Source of the DNA: a bacterium
GTDB lineage: Bacteria > Desulfobacterota > DSWW01
Length of the DNA: 47,859 nucleotides
Direction: 5' to 3'
NCBI GenBank assembly: GCA_040756235.1
Contig: JBFLZG010000030.1
Span: 1-47,859, forward strand
Shown: positions 36,341-45,593 of the stretch, one piece after another
How the letters are laid out: every line of letters begins with the position of its first letter
How positions within the stretch are numbered: the stretch's first letter is position 1
The notes under the pieces: generated by a model
Told to the model about the DNA's origin: nothing
The model's database searches: none
Seen by the model: the letters and a program-made list of their open reading frames with translations, nothing else
Program-made: the position numbers and the translations under genes

Positions 36341-37966
36341 ATGAGGATGCCCATGAAACCACGACTGATGAAGACTGTGTTCCTCCTGGCTCTGTCCTGC
36401 TCTCTCTTTCTCGCTGCGTGCGAGAAGGAGCAGGGACCGTACGACTTCGACGCCGTGATCGTGGGTGCCGGCGGCGGCGGGCTCGGCGCCGGTGCCGCAC
36501 TGGCCAAGAACGGCTTGAAGGTCGCGGTCTTCGAGCAGCACGACAAGGTGGGCGGCTTCATGACCGCCTTTGAAAGGGACGACTTCACGTTCGAGGTCTC
36601 TCTCCACGTCATGGCCAACGTGACCGAAGGCGCGGCCTTCTACCGCGTCCTGCAGGACCTGGACGTCCTGCGCCGGGTGGAGTTCGTGAAAGTGGATCCT
36701 CTGTGGCGCTGCGTGTTCCCGGACATGACGCTCGACGTTCCGGCCGACCGCGAGGCTTTCCGCAAGCTCCTCTACGACCGATTCCCCCGGGAGCACGACG
36801 GGATCGACGCGTACTTCAGGACAACGGAGGCCGTTTACGACGAAGTGCTCCTGCTCGGAGGCCTCTCCGGAAAGAGCCTCCTGGCCAGGCTGCCCAGCTA
36901 CGCCCTCTTCCCGCTGCGCTTCCCGACTTTCTACAAGTACCGAAACGCCACTCTCGAGCGGGTTCTCGACGACACCGCCAGCGACCCTCGCCTCCGGGGG
37001 GTGTTCGCCCAGCTCTGGGGCTACCTGGGCCTGCCGCCGTCCCGGGCGTCCGGCCCTTATTACGCCATGATGTGGCACGGCCTGCACAAGGAGGGCGCCT
37101 TCTATCCCAAGGGCTCCAGCCAGGCGGTCTCGAACGCCATGGCTGCGGTCATCCAGGAGAACGGAGGACAGATCTTTCTCGACACCCGGATCGACAAGAT
37201 CCTCGTGGAAGGCGCAAAGGCGGTCGGTGTCAGGACCGCGAAAGGGCAGGAGTTCCGCTCGCGCTTCGTCGTTTCCAATGCGAGCGCCCTTCAGACCTAC
37301 CTGCGCCTGGTCGGCAAAGAACATCTGAAACCGGCCTTCACGGACAAGCTCGAGCACATGGAAATATCCTGCTCTCTGCTTATCGTCTACCTGGGTCTCG
37401 ACCTGGACCTCGCCAAGACGGATCTCAAGGACCTCCACGAGGTCTTCATCAACAGCGGCTACGATTTCGAGCAGGACTACCGGAACCTCCAGGCCGGAAA
37501 CCTGGACGATCCGCACATCGTCATGGGTCTCTACTCCAACATCGATCCTTCCTGCGCCCCGCCGGGGAAATCGGTCGTCTCCCTGGTCACGGTCATGCCC
37601 TACGACTACCGGAACAACTGGAGGCCCGGGGACAAGTACGATGATTACGTGAAGCTCAAGGAAGAGGCGGCATGGAAGCTCATCCGCCGCGCCGAGGCCG
37701 TGCTGCCGGGGATCGGAGATCACATCGAGGTCATGGAGGTCGGCACGCCCCGCACGATCGAGCGATACACGCTGCATGACAGGGGAGCGGTGTACGGGTT
37801 CGCTCTCACTCCGGAGCAGAGCTTCAGGAACCGGCTGGCTCAGAAGGGCCCCATCCGGAACCTGTATCTGGCCGGAGGCTGGACGTTCCCGGGCAACGGA
37901 CAGTCGACCGCCATCATGTCCGGGTACCTCGCGGCCCGGGAGATCCTGGAACGGGCGCGGCCCTGA
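36341..37966 (+). CDS. FAD-dependent oxidoreductase, phytoene desaturase / retinol saturase family, with lipoprotein signal
   Basis: LAA-C lipobox, then DAVIVGAGGGGLGAG..FEQHDKVGG, FYPKGSSQ, TPRTIERYT..GAVYG, NLYLAGGWTFPGNG. Start may be a later Met. Confidence 0.9.
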   Translation: MRMPMKPRLMKTVFLLALSCSLFLAACEKEQGPYDFDAVIVGAGGGGLGAGAALAKNGLKVAVFEQHDKVGGFMTAFERDDFTFEVSLHVMANVTEGAAFYRVLQDLDVLRRVEFVKVDPLWRCVFPDMTLDVPADREAFRKLLYDRFPREHDGIDAYFRTTEAVYDEVLLLGGLSGKSLLARLPSYALFPLRFPTFYKYRNATLERVLDDTASDPRLRGVFAQLWGYLGLPPSRASGPYYAMMWHGLHKEGAFYPKGSSQAVSNAMAAVIQENGGQIFLDTRIDKILVEGAKAVGVRTAKGQEFRSRFVVSNASALQTYLRLVGKEHLKPAFTDKLEHMEISCSLLIVYLGLDLDLAKTDLKDLHEVFINSGYDFEQDYRNLQAGNLDDPHIVMGLYSNIDPSCAPPGKSVVSLVTVMPYDYRNNWRPGDKYDDYVKLKEEAAWKLIRRAEAVLPGIGDHIEVMEVGTPRTIERYTLHDRGAVYGFALTPEQSFRNRLAQKGPIRNLYLAGGWTFPGNGQSTAIMSGYLAAREILERARP

Positions 37967-38044
37967 AGGGGATGCCGTCTCCCATATTCTCGGAAAACGA
38001 TCAAATCCCCCTGGCCCTTTTCAGAGGCTGTCGATTTTCTCTCA

Positions 38045-38151
38045 CCTTCTCCCCTCGCCGAGGGGAGAAGGTCAGGATGAGGGGTGCATCGGCCCCTGCG
38101 TCCCCCTCACCCTGACCCTCTCCCCCGTGCACGGGGGAGAGGGGATTCATT
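38045..38151. repeat. REP-like family A composite element
   Basis: Near-identical to 36192-36298, same orientation. Confidence 0.85.
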
Positions 38152-38200
38152 CTCCGCACCTCTTGGAGGGGAGTAAGAAAGACTGAAGGAGGACCATCCC

Positions 38201-40615
38201 ATGTCTGTCAGAACCGAAGCGCTCATGATCCGGACCCCCATCAAGGCGCAGCAGGTCGCGCTGCTCGAGCTCACCGAGGACATGAGGGCCACCCGCCCCG
38301 GGTACCAGTGGAAGCTCGACCTGGAGAGGGCGCGGCTCGTCACCGAGGCCTACAAGCGGACCGAAGGGGAGCCCATGCCCCTGCGCCGGGCCAAGGCCCT
38401 GGCCCACGTCCTGGACAACATGACCCTCTACATCCGGCCCGGAGAGACGATCGTCGGCAACTTCGCCTCCAACCCGGACTCGGTGCCCTTCTACCCGGAG
38501 TTCGCCTGGAAGTGGATCGCCCGCGAAACCGCGCCCGGCCAGATCTACAGCGGGATGCTCACGGACGAGGGACGGGCCGAGCTCAAGGAGATCGGCGATT
38601 ACTGGGGCGATGCGTCGGTCCACCACATGGTCCGCAAGTATCTGCCGGACGAGCTCAAGGAGGTCTTCTGGATCTTCAATTGGGAATCCGGCACGCCGAA
38701 TTACGAGAAGATCCTGCGGCTCGGGCTCAAGGGAATCCTGGAGGAGGTCCGGCAGAGAAGGGCGGCCCTGGACCGGGACTACGTGATGCAGAAGATGAAC
38801 GGCTTCGACTTCGTGGCCGCCAAAGACGCCCTCGCGAGCATGACGATCGCGCTGGAAGCCGCGAGCCGCTGGGCCGCGCGCTACGCGGCGCTCGCCCGCG
38901 AGACGGCGCGGAGCACGCCGGATGCGGAACGGAAGAAGGAGCTCGAGGCGATCGCCGCGGTGTGCGAGCAGGTCCCCGGGAACCCGGCCCGCACCTTCCA
39001 CGAGGCCCTGCAGTGCTACTGGTTCATCCACCTCATCGTCAATTTCATCGAGCTCCCCCAGGTCGGCAGCGGCATCCGCTTCGACCAGGTCATGGAGCGA
39101 TTCTACGAAGCCGATCTGCGGGCGGAAAGGCTGGATCGCGGCCGCGCGCAGGAGTTGGTCGAGTTCGTCATCGTCAAATTCCAGGAGACGGGGTTTCTGC
39201 ACGCGCCCATCTGGTCGGGGTTCGGCGGCGGCGCTCTGGGGTTTCAGACGATCACGATCGGCGGGACCGACTCCGCAGGGAACGACGTGACCAACGAGAT
39301 GAGCTACATCGTGCTGGACGCGGTCAAGACCGTCCGGGCCATCGTCCCGCCCCTGGCCCTGCGCTGGCACGACGGCATCCCCAAGAAGCTCGTCGACAAG
39401 GCGACCGAGGTCCTCGCCTCGGGAATGCCCCAGCCCGCCATCTTCAACGACAAGGTGAATGTGTTGAGGCTGGTGGAGCTGGGGTGTCCGCTTCCGGACG
39501 CGCGCAGCTATTCGATCAATAACTGCATGGTGCCGACCATCCCGGGAAAGAACTTCAACCACATCTCGGCCTGGGCAAGCGGCGTGCCCCTTCCTCTCTG
39601 CATGAGCACGGCCTTGGGCATCCCTCCCCTCGCCTTCTACAAGAAGGCGGGCGAGAGGCGGGTCGATCCGCAGGCCGTCCGCTCCATGGAGGAGCTGCTC
39701 GAAGCGACGGTCGAGAACTACCGCTGGGTCATTCGCCGGCTCGTGCTCATCGGGAACATCACGGACGCGCTCTACCGGAAATACGCGCCGAGGCCGTTCC
39801 TCTCCTCCGTGACCGACGACTGCATCGAGAGGGCCCAGGACGTCCGGGAGTGGAACTACATCCCGGACTACCGGGACGTCACGCTGTTCGGGCTCAACAC
39901 GGTCGCCGACTCCCTGGCCGCGGTGAAGAAGGTGGTCTTCGATCAGAAGAAGGCGACCCTCGCGGAGCTGATCGAGGCGTTGAAGAGCAACTGGAAGGGT
40001 CACGAGCACCTTCAGAGAATGTGTCTCGAAGCGCCGAAATTCGGCAACGACGACGACTACGCCGATTTCATCTCTCGCGAGTTCGCCAGGAGGATCAGCG
40101 AGGAAACGCGCGCCTGCAAGACCAACTTCGGCACCCCGGTGATCCCGGACGGCACCGCGGCGACCGCCTGGTGGAGCTTCGGCCGGGTGTGCGCGGCCAC
40201 GCCCGACGGCCGCAACGCCGGCGATCCTTTCAACGACGGCTCCATCTCGCCGATGACCGGCAGGGACCGCAAGGGGCCCACGGCGGTGCTCAAGTCGGTC
40301 TCCAAGGTGGACCCCCTGACCACCTGGAATCACCTGTTCAACCAGACCTTCCTGCCGCAATACCTCACCGGCGAGCACGCCGATCTGTTCGGCCAGTACC
40401 TGAAGACGTTCGGCGATCTGGGAATCCATCACATCCAGTTCACCACGGTCGGGAGGCAGACCCTGGAGGACGCCCAGAGGCATCCGGATAAGTATCCCAA
40501 CCTGATGGTGAGAGTGGCCGGATTTGCGGCTTACTTCATCGACCTCGACCGCAACCTCCAGGATGCGATCATCGGCAGGACCCCGCAGAGTCTGGGGGCG
40601 GCCTGCAGCCGGTGA
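38201..40615 (+). CDS. Glycyl radical enzyme (PFL superfamily), function unknown
   Basis: LRRAKALAHVL, PARTFHEALQ, APKFGNDDDYAD, ATPDGRNAG, GPTAVLKS, glycyl loop LMVRVAGF, Cys loop SINNCMVP; 804 aa; AAGGAGG RBS. Confidence 0.95.
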   Translation: MSVRTEALMIRTPIKAQQVALLELTEDMRATRPGYQWKLDLERARLVTEAYKRTEGEPMPLRRAKALAHVLDNMTLYIRPGETIVGNFASNPDSVPFYPEFAWKWIARETAPGQIYSGMLTDEGRAELKEIGDYWGDASVHHMVRKYLPDELKEVFWIFNWESGTPNYEKILRLGLKGILEEVRQRRAALDRDYVMQKMNGFDFVAAKDALASMTIALEAASRWAARYAALARETARSTPDAERKKELEAIAAVCEQVPGNPARTFHEALQCYWFIHLIVNFIELPQVGSGIRFDQVMERFYEADLRAERLDRGRAQELVEFVIVKFQETGFLHAPIWSGFGGGALGFQTITIGGTDSAGNDVTNEMSYIVLDAVKTVRAIVPPLALRWHDGIPKKLVDKATEVLASGMPQPAIFNDKVNVLRLVELGCPLPDARSYSINNCMVPTIPGKNFNHISAWASGVPLPLCMSTALGIPPLAFYKKAGERRVDPQAVRSMEELLEATVENYRWVIRRLVLIGNITDALYRKYAPRPFLSSVTDDCIERAQDVREWNYIPDYRDVTLFGLNTVADSLAAVKKVVFDQKKATLAELIEALKSNWKGHEHLQRMCLEAPKFGNDDDYADFISREFARRISEETRACKTNFGTPVIPDGTAATAWWSFGRVCAATPDGRNAGDPFNDGSISPMTGRDRKGPTAVLKSVSKVDPLTTWNHLFNQTFLPQYLTGEHADLFGQYLKTFGDLGIHHIQFTTVGRQTLEDAQRHPDKYPNLMVRVAGFAAYFIDLDRNLQDAIIGRTPQSLGAACSR

Positions 40616-40700
40616 AACACGGGAGGTCGGATATGCCGCGAGTATCGCGAGGCCCGAAGGGCCGTGGCGACCTCTTGGTCAGAGGGTGTCGATTTTCCCG

Positions 40701-40805
40701 CCTTCTCCCCTCGCCGAGGGGAGAAGGCCAGGATGAGGGGTGGATCTGTTCCTGTCCCCCTCACCCTGACCCTCTCCCCCGTGCACGGGGGAGAGGGGTT
40801 TCATT
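40701..40805. repeat. REP-like family A composite element
   Basis: Near-identical to 36192-36298 and 38045-38151. Confidence 0.85.
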
Positions 40806-40823
40806 CGACGCCGGCTGCTCGAT

Positions 40824-41047
40824 CCCGGCTCTTCTCCGTCATTCCGGCGCAGGAGACTGTGTCATAAATCCGGTCAGACCCTCGTGCGACCACTCCTTCC
40901 GGAGGACTCGGAGGCGCGGCCGCATGATTTCCGTCATTCCGGCGAAGGCCGGAATCCAGTCCCTGCGCCCGGTTACCACAGCTGGTCCTGGTGCACCCTT
41001 CTGGATCCCGGCTCGCACGCGCTCCGCACATGGGCCGGGATGACCAA
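40824..41047 (+). repeat. ~220-bp family B composite element; inverted copy at 44117-44340
   Basis: Contains GTCATTCCGGCGAAGGCCGGAATCCAG; its reverse complement aligns almost base for base with 44117-44340. Confidence 0.9.
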
Positions 41048-41071
41048 GGCTTCCGTTCAGAGGGGACCTGA

Positions 41072-42208
41072 ATGTACTTCAACGAAGATCATCAGGCGTT
41101 GCGCGAGACCGTGGCCCGATTCGTGGCACGAGAGATCAACCCGTACATGGACGAATGGGAGGAACGGACCGCGCCCCTGCACGCCCTGTTCGAAAAGATG
41201 GGCGCCCTCGGCCTCCTGGGCGTCCGCTACGACCCCGCGTACGGAGGTCAGGGGCTCGACTACTGGTTCGACACGGTCTTCCTGGAGGAGCTCGGACACA
41301 TCCGGGGCATGGGGGTCACGGCGGCCATCATGGACCACACCCACATGGCCACGCCCGCCATCCACGAGTTCGGCAGCGCCTTCCTGAAAGACACCTATCT
41401 CCGGCCCGCCATCGCGGGAAAAGCGGTCTCGGCGATCGCCGTCACCGAGCCCGGCGCGGGCTCGGACGTCGGGGCCCTGCGCACGCGGGCGCGCAAGGAC
41501 GGCGACGCTTACGTGCTCAACGGCTCCAAGACCTTCATCACCAACGGCGTCCAGGCCGACTTCGTGACCGTGCTGGCCCGCACCGGCGATCAGCCCGGGT
41601 ACCATGCGTTCTCGCTCCTGGTCGTCCCCAAGGGCCTGGCCGGTTTCGAGGTGCGCCGGAACCTGGACAAGATCGGCTGCAAGAGCAGCGACATGGCCGA
41701 GCTCTTTTTCGAGGACGTGCGGGTGCCTGCGGAAAACCGGATCGGCGCTGAAGGAGAAGGCTTCATTTACCAGATGAGGCAGTTCCAGCACGAGCGCTTC
41801 GCCGTCCTGCCCGTCACCTACGTCATGACCCGGGACATGATCGATCTGACGGTCGACTATCTCCGGCAGCGGGCCACCTTCGGCAAGCCGCTCATCCAGC
41901 GGCAGGTGCTGCGGCACAGGCTCGCCGACTGGCTGACGGCGATCGAGAGCCTCAAGCAGCTCACCTATCACATCGTCCGCCTGAAAATGGCGGGCGCGGA
42001 CGCCACAAGGGAGGTCTCCATGGGCAAGTTGATCTCGGGCGAGCTCGCCATGCGCGTGGCGGACGGATGCCTCCAGATGTTCGGGGGCATGGGATACATG
42101 AACGAATCCCTGATCTCCCGTTACTACCGGGATGCCCGCTCCTCCTCCATCGCCGGAGGGACCAACGAGATCATGCGGGAAGTGATCGCCCGCCTGGAGG
42201 GATACTGA
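41072..42208 (+). CDS. Acyl-CoA dehydrogenase (LCAD/AtuD-type)
   Basis: AIAVTEPGAGSDV, NGSKTFITNG, FFEDVRVP, QFQHERF, QMFGGMGY, SIAGGTNEIM (no MCAD-type Glu in the C-terminal loop). Confidence 0.95.
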   Translation: MYFNEDHQALRETVARFVAREINPYMDEWEERTAPLHALFEKMGALGLLGVRYDPAYGGQGLDYWFDTVFLEELGHIRGMGVTAAIMDHTHMATPAIHEFGSAFLKDTYLRPAIAGKAVSAIAVTEPGAGSDVGALRTRARKDGDAYVLNGSKTFITNGVQADFVTVLARTGDQPGYHAFSLLVVPKGLAGFEVRRNLDKIGCKSSDMAELFFEDVRVPAENRIGAEGEGFIYQMRQFQHERFAVLPVTYVMTRDMIDLTVDYLRQRATFGKPLIQRQVLRHRLADWLTAIESLKQLTYHIVRLKMAGADATREVSMGKLISGELAMRVADGCLQMFGGMGYMNESLISRYYRDARSSSIAGGTNEIMREVIARLEGY

Positions 42209-42243
42209 ATGACCGAACCTCGCGAGCGAGCGCCTGCTCCCCG

Positions 42244-42275
42244 GTAGGGTGGACAAAGCCGAAGGCGTGTCCACC
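42244..42275 (+). repeat. GTAG-type REP; related units at 35063-35086, 44351-44374 and 44403-44435
   Basis: GTAG-GGTGGACA-aagccgaaggcg-TGTCCACC; inverted copy at 44403-44435; GTAGGGGCGACGCATGCGTCGCCC at 44351. Confidence 0.75.
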
Positions 42276-42293
42276 GACCACGACTGAAAAGTG

Positions 42294-42370
42294 CGAGCGC
42301 GGCGACCTCCATGTACAGGAGAGCTCGGTCATCGGGAGGTTGCCACGGCCGCGAAGACGCGACCTCGCAA
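42294..42370 (+). repeat. Palindromic repeat family D; inverted copy at 47799-47859
   Basis: GGCGACCTCCATGTA..CGGGAGGTTGCCACGG..CCTCGCAA shared with the reverse complement of 47799-47859. Confidence 0.7.
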
Positions 42371-42431
42371 GGTTCAGGATTGAGGAGGTCGCCACCGCAC
42401 GCTTTCTGAAACAGCACCCGATGGAGAAGCC

Positions 42432-44111
42432 ATGGAAGAGCGCATCTGGCACAAAGCATACGCACCGCAGGTTCCGCGCAGCCTTTACTATGAAAAGATG
42501 CCGCTCGCCCAGGCGCTGGCCAGGAGCGCGAAGAACTACCCCGACCGGCCCGCTCTCGTCCTCATGGGCCGGAAGATCACCTACCGGCAGCTGGACGAAT
42601 CGGTCAACCGTTTCGCGAACGCCCTCGCCGGTCTCGGCGTAGGGGCCGGCGACAAGGTGGCCCTGGTCCTCCCCAACATGCCTCAGATCGTGATCGCCAC
42701 CTATGCCGTCTGGCGCCTGGGCGCCGTGGTCGTCATGAACAATCCGCTCTACACCGAGCGGGAGCTGGAGCACCAGCTCAGCGATTCGGATTCCAGGGTC
42801 GCGGTGGTCATGGACCTCGTGGTGCCGCGGATCCTTTCCTTGCAGCGCAGGACCGGCATTGAAAGGATCGTCTCCTGCCACGTGCGCGACTACCTGCCTT
42901 TCCCGCTGCGGCAGCTCTTTCCGGTCATCCGCAAGAAGCTGCACCGCAAGAGCGAGCCCGGGGAAGGCGTGCTGGACTTCACGGACCTCTTGCGCAGGGC
43001 GCCTGCCACGCCGCCGGCGGGGGCCGGCGCGGCATTCGATGAGCTGGCCGCCCTCCTCTACACCGGCGGCACCACCGGGGTCTCCAAGGGCGTCATGCTC
43101 TCCCACGCGAACCTGAGCGTGAACGTTCAGCAGATGAAGGCGCTCATGCACAACGCCCGCGAAGGCAGCGAAACCGTGATCGGCATCTTGCCTTTTTTCC
43201 ACTCGGCCGGCTTCACCGGCGGCATGAACACCTGCATCTACCGCGGGTTCACGCACGTGCTCGTGCTCAAGCCGGACGCGGACATCCTGCTCAAGTACAT
43301 GATCAAGTACCGGCCGGCGCTGTTTGGCGCGGTGCCCACCCTCTACGTTGGCCTGCTCAGGCATCCGAAGCTCCCGCCGAGGGAGCGGCTCGGGTTCATG
43401 AAGGGCTGCATCTCCGGAGCCGCGCCCCTTTCCCTCGAGACCCTGAACGAGTGGGAGACACGCGTCGGCGCACAGATCGTGGAGCTCTACGGGATGACCG
43501 AAATGTCGCCCGTGACCCACGCCACGCCATGGGGCGGCAGGGGCAAGGCCGGCAGCGTCGGCGTTCCCCTTCCGGACACGGACTGCCGCATCGTGGACGT
43601 GGAGAGCGGAACGCGCGGGTTGGGGGTGGGCGAGCCGGGTGAGATCCTGCTCAAGGGGCCCCAGCAGATGATGGGCTACTACAAGCGACCGGACGAGACC
43701 GCGGCGGCCGTGCGCGAGGGCTGGTTCTCGACCGGAGACATCGGCTACATGGACGAAGAAGGATACCTGTACGTCGTCGACCGCAAGAAGGACATGATCA
43801 TCGCCGGCGGCTTCAACGTCTATCCCAGGGAGGTCGACGAGGTGCTCTACGAGCACCCCAAGATCCAGGAAGCCTGTGCGGCAGGGCTGCCGGACGAGTA
43901 TCGCGGGGAGACGCTCAAAGCCTATGTCGTGGTCAGGAAAGGCGAGACCCTCACGGAGCAGGAGGTGCTCGCCTACTGCCGCCATAAGCTAACCGCTTAC
44001 AAGGTGCCGAGGAGCGTGGAGTTCATGGAAGAGCTGCCCAAGAGCGCGATCGGCAAGGTCCTGCGCCGGCAGCTCAGGGAGATGGAGATCGCCAGGACGA
44101 GGCAAGCGTAG
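42432..44111 (+). CDS. fadD: Long-chain fatty acid--CoA ligase
   Basis: LLYTGGTTGVSKG, YGMTEMSP, TGDIG..VDRKKDMII, LPKSAIGKVLRR. Confidence 0.93.
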   Translation: MEERIWHKAYAPQVPRSLYYEKMPLAQALARSAKNYPDRPALVLMGRKITYRQLDESVNRFANALAGLGVGAGDKVALVLPNMPQIVIATYAVWRLGAVVVMNNPLYTERELEHQLSDSDSRVAVVMDLVVPRILSLQRRTGIERIVSCHVRDYLPFPLRQLFPVIRKKLHRKSEPGEGVLDFTDLLRRAPATPPAGAGAAFDELAALLYTGGTTGVSKGVMLSHANLSVNVQQMKALMHNAREGSETVIGILPFFHSAGFTGGMNTCIYRGFTHVLVLKPDADILLKYMIKYRPALFGAVPTLYVGLLRHPKLPPRERLGFMKGCISGAAPLSLETLNEWETRVGAQIVELYGMTEMSPVTHATPWGGRGKAGSVGVPLPDTDCRIVDVESGTRGLGVGEPGEILLKGPQQMMGYYKRPDETAAAVREGWFSTGDIGYMDEEGYLYVVDRKKDMIIAGGFNVYPREVDEVLYEHPKIQEACAAGLPDEYRGETLKAYVVVRKGETLTEQEVLAYCRHKLTAYKVPRSVEFMEELPKSAIGKVLRRQLREMEIARTRQA

Positions 44112-44116
44112 CGCGG

Positions 44117-44340
44117 TTGGTCATCCCGGCCCGGCCGCGCAGCGCGTGCGAGCCGGGATCCGGAAGGTTGCACCAAGACCAGCTGTGGTAACTGGGCGCA
44201 GGGACTGGATTCCGGCCTTCGCCGGAATGACGGAAATCATGCGGCCGCGCCTCCGAGTCCTCCGGAATGACTGGTCGCACGAGGGTCTGACCGGATTTAT
44301 GACACACCCTCCTGCGCCGGGGTGACGGGAAGAGCCCGGG
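44117..44340 (-). repeat. ~220-bp family B composite element (inverted relative to 40824-41047)
   Basis: Reverse complement of 40824-41047 with a few substitutions. Confidence 0.9.
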
Positions 44341-44539
44341 TCCCGGTCTTGTAGGGGCGACGCATGCGTCGCCCGCGCGCGTGGCGACCGGCAGCAGTGG
44401 TTGGTGGACACGCCTGCCGGCTTTGTCCACCCTACCGAGTGCACACACCGCTCGCTCGCGACATCCGGCGCCGGCGAGCCGTTGCTTGCCGCGCCTTCTC
44501 AAAGAAGAATACACGCGTCTACCCTGGAGGCTCTGCAAA

Positions 44540-45283
44540 ATGAACATTCTGGCCATCAATGGAAGCCCTCGCGGCCGCAGGAGCAACACGGACAAGATCC
44601 TCCAGCCTTTTCTCCAGGGCGCCGCACAGGGCGGAGCTGCGGTGGACACTCTCTATGTGAAGGACCTCGAGATCCATCCCTGCCAGGGCTGTTACAGCTG
44701 TCACATGAAAACGCCCGGAGTGTGTGTCTTCAAGGATGATATGCCGGGTGCCATCGACAAGATGAAGGCGGCCGAAGTCCTGGTCTTCGCCACGCCGATC
44801 TACGTCTTTTCCGTGCCTTCCATCCTGAAGGCCTTCATGGACCGGATGATCGTGATGGGGGATCTCAAGCTGGAGGTCGTGGACGGCATGACGGTCCATC
44901 CGCCCCGCTGGCCCGAGGTTAAATGGAAGTGGGTCCTCATCGCCAATGCGGGTTTCCCGGAAGACGCGGTCTTCGATCCGCTGCGCGAGATGTTCCGGCA
45001 CTTCGGCCGGGCGATCGGAGGCGGGGCGTTCGTGACGCACGTCGCTTCGATCTGCAAAGGGATGGGGGAGCTGCTCGCCGTGAAACCGCTCGCCCGGGAG
45101 CTCGAGTGGTTCTTCGAAGCCTGCCGCAAGGCCGGCAGCGAGCTGGCCACGCGCGGCGGGATCAGCGCCGAGACACTCGAGACTCTCGAGCGCCCGCTCA
45201 TGCCTCTTCCCTCGAAGGAGTTCGCCGAGATGTCGAACTTCTACATCGACAAGGCGACCCGCCTGATCCGGGAGCGCGGTTGA
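44540..45283 (+). CDS. Flavodoxin-like iron-sulfur flavoprotein (Isf / NADPH-dependent FMN reductase family)
   Basis: MNILAINGSPR..SNT, CQGCYSC...GVC Cys motif, ATPIY..LKAFMDR. Start ATG 44540 with GGAGG upstream. Confidence 0.9.
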   Translation: MNILAINGSPRGRRSNTDKILQPFLQGAAQGGAAVDTLYVKDLEIHPCQGCYSCHMKTPGVCVFKDDMPGAIDKMKAAEVLVFATPIYVFSVPSILKAFMDRMIVMGDLKLEVVDGMTVHPPRWPEVKWKWVLIANAGFPEDAVFDPLREMFRHFGRAIGGGAFVTHVASICKGMGELLAVKPLARELEWFFEACRKAGSELATRGGISAETLETLERPLMPLPSKEFAEMSNFYIDKATRLIRERG

Positions 45284-45336
45284 AGAGGGGGACGGCGCCA
45301 AGACAAAGGACGCTATTCCCGCGATGTGTCATATTC

Positions 45337-45561
45337 GTCATCCCGGCCCATGTGCGGAGCGCGTGTGAGCCGGGATCCGGAAGGGTGCATCAGGCGCAGC
45401 GGTGGCTGCCGGGTGACAGGGACTGGACCCCGGCCTGCGCCGGGGTGACCTCTTCAACCTTCTCCCCTCGCCGAGGGGAGAAGGGCAGGATGAGGGGTGC
45501 ATCTGCACCTGTTCCCCCCTCACCCCGGCCCTCCCCCGTGCAGGGGGAGAGGGGAATCATT
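45337..45561. repeat. Adjacent family B (45337-45449) and family A (45458-45561) REP-like elements
   Basis: Match 33765-33879 and 36192-36298 respectively; lie between convergent genes. Confidence 0.85.
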
Positions 45562-45593
45562 GTTGCGTCTCCTCGCCGGACTCTCAGCAAGTC

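Noticed and set aside
38201..40615. Calling the GRE pflB, bssA/assA, cutC or hypD
   Set aside because: No CC pair, no GCxE, no Arg at Cys+15, and no small subunits or microcompartment genes.
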